This document shows positions 57,717-64,000 of a stretch of DNA of 64,000 nucleotides, piece by piece. A program made the translations under genes and the position numbers. The notes beneath the pieces were generated by a model, which had not been told where the DNA came from, searched no databases, and saw only the letters and a program-made list of their open reading frames with translations. The stretch spans positions 9,067 to 73,066 of the forward strand of contig JAQXKO010000012.1 of the NCBI GenBank assembly GCA_029010495.1. Direction: 5' to 3'. Position 1 is the first letter of the stretch. Every line of letters starts with the position of its first letter. Source of the DNA: Clostridiales bacterium. GTDB taxonomy: Bacteria > Bacillota > Clostridia > Lachnospirales > Lachnospiraceae.

Positions 57717-59429
57717 ATGGCTTATAAAAGATTAGGTGAGGTGTTAATTGCTGCCGGAGCAATTACGGATGAAGAGCTTGGCAGGGCATTGGCACTTCAA
57801 AAGGAGCAAAAGGGACGATTGGGCGATGTAATGATTCGCAACAATCTGATTAGTGAGAACGAGCTTATTGATGCACTTCAGATGCAGCTTGGTATCGAAT
57901 TTATCGATTTGTCGGCAGTTAATATTCCGACAGAGCTTGCAAGAGTAGTACCAAAGAATGTAGCAAGACAATATCAGATTGTTCCCGTTAAACAGGTTAA
58001 GGACGAATTATACCTTGCCATGAGTGACCCTTTGAACTTCATGGCAATTGAAGACGTCAGAAAGTCTTCACATAAAAAAATCATACCTATGATTGCAACG
58101 GCATCGGGAGTAGAACGCGCTATTGCAACACTTTATGGAAATGAAGGTGCTGCTAAGGCTATCGATGAAATGAAGCGTGAAAGAAATATCGTAGGTGATG
58201 CCGAGGAAAGCAGTTCTGAAGTATTTGCGGCAAATCAGATTGATGATGAGAGCAATGTTAACTCTGCTCCTACAATCAGACTTGTAAACTCTATTATTGA
58301 CAGGGCGGTACTGGAGCGTGCCAGTGATATTCATCTGGAACCGCATGAGTTTGAATATCTGGTTCGAATGCGTGTTGACGGTGTTATGAGAGATACCCTT
58401 AACGTACCGAAGAACCTGCAGAATGCCGTTATATCAAGAATTAAGATTATGAGTGGCCTTGATATTTCCGAAAAGCGAATTCCGCAGGACGGAAGATTTT
58501 ATATTCAGACCAAAGGCAAGAATATTGACCTTCGTGTATCCACTCTGCCAACCGTATACGGTGAAAAGATTGTTATTCGTCTTCTTGACAAGTCTGCCGG
58601 TAAGCTTTCAATGGAAGCTATCGGTCTTGAAGGAGAGGATGAGAAAAAATTCCGCAGGCTGCTTCGCCATCATAGCGGTGTTATCCTTATTGCAGGTCCT
58701 ACGGGAAGCGGTAAATCTTCAACCATGTATACCATGATTAATGAACTTAATACACCTGATGTAAACTTTATTACACTTGAGGATCCTGTCGAGTATAATA
58801 TTGACAGAATCAATCAGGTACAGATAAATGAAAAGGTAGGAATGACATTTGCCAAAGGTCTCCGTTCAATTCTTCGTCAGGATCCGGATATTATTGCCGT
58901 AGGTGAGATTCGAGACGGTGAAACAGCTGATATTGCCATGAGAGCGGCTATTACGGGTCATCTTGTTCTCTCGACAATTCATACAAACGATTCTGCCGGT
59001 ACAATTGACAGACTTGTGGACAGCGGATGTGAGAGATACCTTATTGCTTCGGCTCTTAAGGGCGTAATATCACAGCGTCTTTTAAGAAAAGTATGTCCTG
59101 AGTGTAAATACAGTTATATTCCTGATGATGATGAGCTTGAAATGCTTGGTCTTTCCAGAGCTATTATGGGTAATATTCCGTTTTACAAGGGCGCCGGATG
59201 TGCAAAGTGCTTTAACACAGGTTATTCGGGAAGAACGGCCGTGTTTGAAATTCTTCCAATCACAAGAGAAATTCGCGAGTGTATTGTCACAAATGCCGGT
59301 CGTTCAAAGATGGATGAAATCATGAACAAACAGGGTGTTGTACTCCTCAGGGAGAATGCATTAAGACTTGTTGTTCAGGGTGTTACGTCAACAGATGAAG
59401 TGCTTCGTGTAACAAGTGAGGAGGATTGA
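57717..59429 (+). CDS. pilB: Type IV pilus assembly ATPase (GspE/PilB family) with MshEN-type N-terminal domain
   Basis: Walker A GPTGSGKSST, Asp box, Walker B, His box, and tetracysteine CPEC...CAKC. N-terminal tandem RLGxxLI..G/N.I....L...L..Q motifs. Confidence 0.9.
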   Translation: MAYKRLGEVLIAAGAITDEELGRALALQKEQKGRLGDVMIRNNLISENELIDALQMQLGIEFIDLSAVNIPTELARVVPKNVARQYQIVPVKQVKDELYLAMSDPLNFMAIEDVRKSSHKKIIPMIATASGVERAIATLYGNEGAAKAIDEMKRERNIVGDAEESSSEVFAANQIDDESNVNSAPTIRLVNSIIDRAVLERASDIHLEPHEFEYLVRMRVDGVMRDTLNVPKNLQNAVISRIKIMSGLDISEKRIPQDGRFYIQTKGKNIDLRVSTLPTVYGEKIVIRLLDKSAGKLSMEAIGLEGEDEKKFRRLLRHHSGVILIAGPTGSGKSSTMYTMINELNTPDVNFITLEDPVEYNIDRINQVQINEKVGMTFAKGLRSILRQDPDIIAVGEIRDGETADIAMRAAITGHLVLSTIHTNDSAGTIDRLVDSGCERYLIASALKGVISQRLLRKVCPECKYSYIPDDDELEMLGLSRAIMGNIPFYKGAGCAKCFNTGYSGRTAVFEILPITREIRECIVTNAGRSKMDEIMNKQGVVLLRENALRLVVQGVTSTDEVLRVTSEED

Positions 59430-59434
59430 TATAA

Positions 59435-60655
59435 TTGGATAAATTTAAATATCAGGCCATATCCAAGGATGGTGCAAAGGTCTCAGGTGTTATGGAAGCA
59501 TTCAATGAAATGGATGCGGTCGAAAGAATTAAACAGACCTGCAATGTAATAATTAAGGTTGAGGAAATAAAAGAAAAAGGTGCTGCAGGCGGAATCCTCA
59601 GCATGGAAATCGGTAAGAAAAAGCTTGATACTAAGGCATTTACGCTTATGTGCTCGCAGTTTTCGATAATTCTTCACTCCGGAATAGCCATTACAAAGAC
59701 TGTTGAGCTTATTGCAAAGCAGATGACTGATAAAAATCTGAAGAAAATGCTTGAAGAGGTGCATGAAGACATTCAGGGAGGACGTTCTCTATCGGCATCC
59801 TTTGAAGACAGAGGAAAGGATCTGCTTCCCGTTCTTTTTGTTGAAACATTAAGAGCCGGCGAAATGACAGGTAATTTTGAATCTGCTTTTGAGAGTATGG
59901 CACAGCATTTCGATACTCAGACAAAGACGAAGCAGAAGGTTAAGGGAGCTCTTACATATCCTATATTTGTCATGATTATTGCAATCGTTGTAGTAATTAT
60001 ACTTATGGTGAAGGTAGTTCCTACATTTACGGCTATGTTTAATCAGTACGGTTCAGACCTTCCTGCAATCACAAAGAGTCTTATTTTCGTATCGAATTTC
60101 TTTAAGAAGTACGGAATACTCATAATTGCAATAATATTTATTGCATTTATATCATACAAGGTATATTCCAAGACTCCAAACGGCAAGCTGAAATGCGGAA
60201 GTCTGGCACTTAAGATGCCGGGATTTGGCAATATCAGCGTATTAAATGCAGCTAGTCAGTTCAGTAATAACATGGCTGCACTTCTTCGTGCCGGCATCGG
60301 CATTACGGAGGCATTGAGAGTGGTTTCGAGAATTGTTTCAAACCAGTATATGTCTCATGAGCTCGGTAAAATGGCAGGTATGGTAGAAGAGGGTAATTCA
60401 ATCGGTGACTGCTTAAGACAAAATCAGATTATGCCTGATATTCTTGTTGATATGGTTACCGTAGGTGAGGAAACCGGTCAGCTTGATGATACTCTTGATA
60501 CAATCTCGAGATATTATGACAATGAGCTTGACGTGGCGGTATCCGCACTTCTTAGCAAGCTTGAACCGGCAATGTTATGTTTTGTGGCAGGAGTAGCGGG
60601 ATATATTGTTCTTGCCATATATATTGCCATGTTCCAGATGTACGGTATTATGTAA
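59435..60655 (+). CDS. pilC: Type IV pilus platform protein (GspF/PilC family)
   Basis: 406 aa with duplicated GspF domains and 3 TM segments. TTG start. Confidence 0.9.
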   Translation: MDKFKYQAISKDGAKVSGVMEAFNEMDAVERIKQTCNVIIKVEEIKEKGAAGGILSMEIGKKKLDTKAFTLMCSQFSIILHSGIAITKTVELIAKQMTDKNLKKMLEEVHEDIQGGRSLSASFEDRGKDLLPVLFVETLRAGEMTGNFESAFESMAQHFDTQTKTKQKVKGALTYPIFVMIIAIVVVIILMVKVVPTFTAMFNQYGSDLPAITKSLIFVSNFFKKYGILIIAIIFIAFISYKVYSKTPNGKLKCGSLALKMPGFGNISVLNAASQFSNNMAALLRAGIGITEALRVVSRIVSNQYMSHELGKMAGMVEEGNSIGDCLRQNQIMPDILVDMVTVGEETGQLDDTLDTISRYYDNELDVAVSALLSKLEPAMLCFVAGVAGYIVLAIYIAMFQMYGIM

Positions 60656-60875
60656 AATGTATAGTTTTCGGACTGATTAACAATATATTTAGTTTAAAAT
60701 ACATAAAAATATCACAAATTATGTAATAATATATGTCATTTACAAAATTCGACAATAATTGATTGAATTGGTACTTTTCAAATTATATTTTATCAAATAT
60801 AATTAAGCCATAAGATAACAGCTAAGCAATATGTTAGTTGTTATAAAAAATTTAGAGTATAAAGGAGAATTTATT

Positions 60876-61313
60876 ATGAAGAACAATAATAAAGGTTTCA
60901 CACTTTCCGAGTTACTTATCGTTGTAGCTATTATCGCAGTATTGGTTGCAGTTTCTATTCCAATCTTTACTACACAGTTGGAGAAGAGCCGTGACTCAGT
61001 TTCAGTTTCAAACATCAGAGCTGCTTATGCAGAGGCTTCAACAGCTTTCCTTACAGCAAACGGAAAAGCAGTTGCTACAAATGGCAATGTAACAGTTGCT
61101 GCTCCTGATAGTGGAAAGCAGACAGTTACAGTTACAGGTGTTGTAATTAAGAGTCAGGCAGCTGATGGTTGGAGTGATCAGGCTTCAGAGCTTCCTTTTG
61201 ATATTGCAAAAGTTGTTGATCCTGGCGAACCTGGAAATTACACAATGACATTTACATTCTCACTTAAGGGAAGCGGAACAAAGCCGGAAGTTGTATTAGG
61301 TGCTAAGGAATAA
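60876..61313 (+). CDS. Major type IV pilin (145-aa precursor)
   Basis: AAAGGAGAA SD. MKNNNKG|FTLSELLIVVAIIAVLVAVSIPIF is a canonical class III signal. Strongly biased codon use and its own strong terminator. No Cys in the mature protein. Confidence 0.85.
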   Translation: MKNNNKGFTLSELLIVVAIIAVLVAVSIPIFTTQLEKSRDSVSVSNIRAAYAEASTAFLTANGKAVATNGNVTVAAPDSGKQTVTVTGVVIKSQAADGWSDQASELPFDIAKVVDPGEPGNYTMTFTFSLKGSGTKPEVVLGAKE

Positions 61314-61335
61314 TAATTACTAATTAAAATTCTTA

Positions 61336-61369
61336 AATCCCCTGTCAAATGACAGGGGATTATTTTTTA
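61336..61369 (+). terminator. Strong rho-independent terminator after the major pilin gene
   Basis: aatcccctgtc-aaat-gacaggggatt, followed by a T-run. Confidence 0.85.
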
Positions 61370-61623
61370 ATTAATAGTTTAATAATCTTTATTTAATTCT
61401 TTATTATTGTTTATTTGTATTAATAAAACTTTATTATTATTTATTAATTCTATTCCGTTAACTATGTAACTATTCAGTATGTATTGCAAAAGGCTGTAAT
61501 GTCTGATATACTTATATTGAATCCATGCGTATATTTTTTGTTATTATATTTTTTACAGTTTTATTTTTAACCGTTTTTTACTTTATGATTCTTATCTCTA
61601 TGATTATTAACAAGGAGGAAAAT

Positions 61624-62598
61624 ATGAAAAAAAGTAATTTGGGTTTTACATTATCGGAATTACTTATTGTTGTGGCAATTATTGCTGTACTTGTTGCGGT
61701 ATCGGTTCCGATATTTACAACTCAGCTCGAAAAGTCGAGAGAAGCTACAGACCTTGCAAATGTCAGGAGTGCGTATGCACTCATTAAGGCTGCCGTTTCA
61801 TCAAATGACAAAAAATCAGAGTATGAGGGCGTTCCTATTTACAGAAAAAATGAGGACGTATATATGATAGATGTATCCTTAAAGCAGAAGGAGGATGGCT
61901 GGACTACGAAGGAAGGTCTTGCAATCGGCGAGATTACCTCTGATGATTCGGTTCACTGGCTTGATGAACCATATGGCGGAGGCGTATGCCGTATTTATTA
62001 TTCAAAGGGAGAGTTATTTATTGACTGGGGATGCTCCGAGATTCTTTCAACATTTCAGCCGAATTATGATTATCTGACGTCTTTTAAAAATGCAATTAAT
62101 CAGGTAACAGTTGTGACAAACTGTTATAATTCTACATGTTCAAATCATTCTGCAATTAAATCTATCGCCAATGCAATAAGTAAAGCGGATGAAATATTTG
62201 CAAATGATATTAAAACATGGACGGCTGTCAGAAGTCCCAAAGACAAAACAAAGGATGACTATTGCTATGTAATGTCTACCTTCAGTATTGATAAGCTTGA
62301 GGCGGGAACTAAAATTCCGGCATTATATATGGATAAGACGGGTTATTATCTTGTAGGTTATGCTACTGTCAATGCTGCTCCGGATCCGGGCTCTAACGGT
62401 AATAAACCTTATAATGTCATTTCAATTGATCCGAATGGAAAGTATCCTTGCAGCAGTAAAATATATGACGTAAATTATCAGCCTGCAACACTTATTTCAG
62501 AGGGAGTAAAATATACTACAGCCACAAAGGCAGGAGAAGCATATAATAAGCTTGTCGGTAAATATCTTAAGCTTAACACGAACATGAAGGAAGAATAA
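61624..62598 (+). CDS. 324-aa modular pilin paralogue with a Cys-containing C-terminal module of unknown function
   Basis: ATG 61624 after AAGGAGGAAAA. MKKSNLG|FTLSELLIVVAIIAVLVAVSVPIFTTQLEKSRE is almost identical to the N-terminus of the major pilin. Confidence 0.75.
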   Translation: MKKSNLGFTLSELLIVVAIIAVLVAVSVPIFTTQLEKSREATDLANVRSAYALIKAAVSSNDKKSEYEGVPIYRKNEDVYMIDVSLKQKEDGWTTKEGLAIGEITSDDSVHWLDEPYGGGVCRIYYSKGELFIDWGCSEILSTFQPNYDYLTSFKNAINQVTVVTNCYNSTCSNHSAIKSIANAISKADEIFANDIKTWTAVRSPKDKTKDDYCYVMSTFSIDKLEAGTKIPALYMDKTGYYLVGYATVNAAPDPGSNGNKPYNVISIDPNGKYPCSSKIYDVNYQPATLISEGVKYTTATKAGEAYNKLVGKYLKLNTNMKEE

Positions 62599-62631
62599 AA
62601 AGAATACTGAAAAGTTATGAGGCGTAATATA

Positions 62632-62660
62632 TTGCATTATTAGTAGAAAAATAGTATAAT
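62632..62660 (+). promoter_or_regulatory. Candidate sigmaA promoter for degV
   Basis: TTGCAT - 17 nt - TATAAT. Confidence 0.4.
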
Positions 62661-62702
62661 CTTTTCATATGAAAATACTAATTTTAAATTTGAGGTGGGT
62701 AT

Positions 62703-63590
62703 ATGGATGATTATATATTAAGCTGCTGTTCAACTGCAGATATTTCAAAAGAGCATTTTGACAGGATAAATGTCAATTATATTTGCTTCCACTTTGAAAT
62801 AGATGGAGTACAGTATCCGGATGATCTCGGAAAGTCAATACCGTTCGATGAATTTTATGAACGTATGTCCAAGGGCGCCGATACCAAGACTTCTCAGATA
62901 AATACCGAGGAATTTATAGAATACTTTGAACCGTTTTTATTACAGGGCAGGGATATAATTCATGTAACATTATCTTCGGGCTTAAGCGGAGTGTTAAATT
63001 CTGCAGAGCTTGCCAGACAATATCTGCTGGAAAAATATCCTGAGCGTAAAATATTTATAGTTGATTCTTTAGGTGCTTCTTCGGGATATGGTCTTCTTGT
63101 TGATACTATGGCTTCACTTCGTGATGAAGGTTATTCTGTAGAACAGCTTTATGAGTGGGCTGAGAATAATAAACTCCGCCTGCATCATTGGTTTTTTTCA
63201 ACTGATTTATCATTTTACATAAAGGGCGGACGCATTTCAAAAACGTCGGGCACCATCGGTCAGATGCTTAATATCTGCCCTCTTTTAAATATGGATAATA
63301 TGGGACGGTTAGTTCCAAGATTTAAAATCAGGGGAAAGAAGAAGGTTATCAGGGAAATCGTTGAAAAAATGGCTGAGTTTGCTGAAAACGGAACTGATTA
63401 TTCGGGCAAATGCTATATTTCGCAATCTGCCTGCATTGAGGATGCAAAAGAAGTTGCGGCACTTGTAGAAAGCAGATTTCCAAAGCTTAAGGGAAGTGTA
63501 GAGATAAATCATATCGGTACAACAATAGGAAGTCATACAGGCCCGGGTACCGTAGCTTTATTCTTCTGGGGGACTGAAAGAACAAACTGA
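62703..63590 (+). CDS. DegV-family fatty-acid-binding protein
   Basis: 295 aa. DegV-like sequence (TSQINTEEF, LSSGLSGVLNSA, GTTIGSHTGPG). Confidence 0.9.
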   Translation: MDDYILSCCSTADISKEHFDRINVNYICFHFEIDGVQYPDDLGKSIPFDEFYERMSKGADTKTSQINTEEFIEYFEPFLLQGRDIIHVTLSSGLSGVLNSAELARQYLLEKYPERKIFIVDSLGASSGYGLLVDTMASLRDEGYSVEQLYEWAENNKLRLHHWFFSTDLSFYIKGGRISKTSGTIGQMLNICPLLNMDNMGRLVPRFKIRGKKKVIREIVEKMAEFAENGTDYSGKCYISQSACIEDAKEVAALVESRFPKLKGSVEINHIGTTIGSHTGPGTVALFFWGTERTN

Positions 63591-63657
63591 TTCAAAATAC
63601 TTTAGTAGAACATGTTTTCTTTACTATTATAATGAAAACATACTAAATCACAGATGA

Positions 63658-63703
63658 TAAAAAGAGTTGTTACATGAGAACATATGTATACGACTCTTTT
63701 TTC
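63658..63703 (+). terminator. Terminator after degV
   Basis: aaagagttgt ... acgactcttt stem with an inner tacat/atgta stem, followed by T6. Confidence 0.6.
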
Positions 63704-63810
63704 TTAAGCATTTATTAATTATTTGGTCACAAATAATTCAATTTTATAAGATATTATCAGATAATACAGTGGTAATTTATACCCATAAATAAAATTTGGG
63801 AGGACAAAGA

Positions 63811-64000
63811 ATGAGTATATTGGAAAAATATTCTGAAAAAAAGGCACAATTGTGCAGAGATTGCGGCGCCATTGATTCGTCGCTTTATGATGAATTTGGT
63901 GTTAAAAAAGGTCTCAGGGATGTAAACGGTAAGGGCGTAATGACAGGACTTACATACATATCAAAAATCACATCCTTCAAAGAGGAAAACGGCGAACGCA
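63811..64000 (+). CDS. Probable citrate synthase, 3'-truncated by the window edge
   Basis: ATG after GGGAGGAC. The hand translation MSILEKYSEKKAQLCRDCGAIDSSLYDEFGVKKGLRDVNGKGVMTGLTYISKI resembles clostridial citrate synthase N-termini. Only 63 codons are visible. Confidence 0.5.
   Translation, partial: MSILEKYSEKKAQLCRDCGAIDSSLYDEFGVKKGLRDVNGKGVMTGLTYISKITSFKEENGER

Noticed and set aside
61370-61520. An AT-rich stretch with recurring ttatt/tttatt words between the two pilin genes, checked as a possible repeat array or CRISPR-like structure.
   Set aside because: It has no regular repeat-spacer periodicity and no repeats longer than about 10 nt. It looks like simple low-complexity intergenic DNA, possibly a curved or promoter region.
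62662-62675. A perfect 14-bp palindrome, TTTTCATATGAAAA, just downstream of the degV promoter candidate.
   Set aside because: It is composed almost entirely of A/T. Palindromes of this length are expected by chance several times in a window of this composition. There is no associated regulator gene.

Overview
This is a chromosomal segment of Firmicutes/Clostridia type, moderately AT-rich by eye, probably from a Lachnospiraceae-like endospore-former. Nearly all genes are on the + strand.

Most of the window is two housekeeping/sporulation synteny blocks that mirror the Bacillus map:
- Block 1: spoIIIA - asp23 - nusB - xseAB - ispA - dxs - tlyA - nadK - argR - yebC - SAS - recN - spoIVB - spo0A - glgA.
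- Block 2: murE - murF - priA - def - fmt - rsmB - rlmN - stp - prkC - rsgA - rpe.

Accessory content:
- A truncated CoA-transferase gene, then an AraC regulator divergent from a GH16 beta-glucanase lipoprotein with three CBM-like modules.
- A YtrA/GntR-type ABC-2 transporter module with a perfect 13-bp inverted-repeat operator candidate.
- A 6.8-kb three-gene block (EamA transporter, TetR regulator, 1507-aa FG-GAP/FN3/coiled-coil surface protein) that splits the spoIIIA operon between spoIIIAB and spoIIIAC.
- A roughly 12-kb Gram-positive type IV pilus locus (50.3-62.6 kb). It has seven prepilin-like genes, including a 778-aa pilin-GLUG fusion and a 324-aa modular pilin. It also has pilD/M/N/O/B/C, with PilB carrying an MshEN-type c-di-GMP-binding motif, and no PilT.
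- degV and the start of a citrate synthase gene.

I saw no rRNA, tRNA, CRISPR array, transposase or integrase.

The best candidates for something new are the pilus locus with its modular pilins and the interrupted spoIIIA operon with its giant surface protein.

All calls rest on reading the translations and motifs by eye. No database searches were run.
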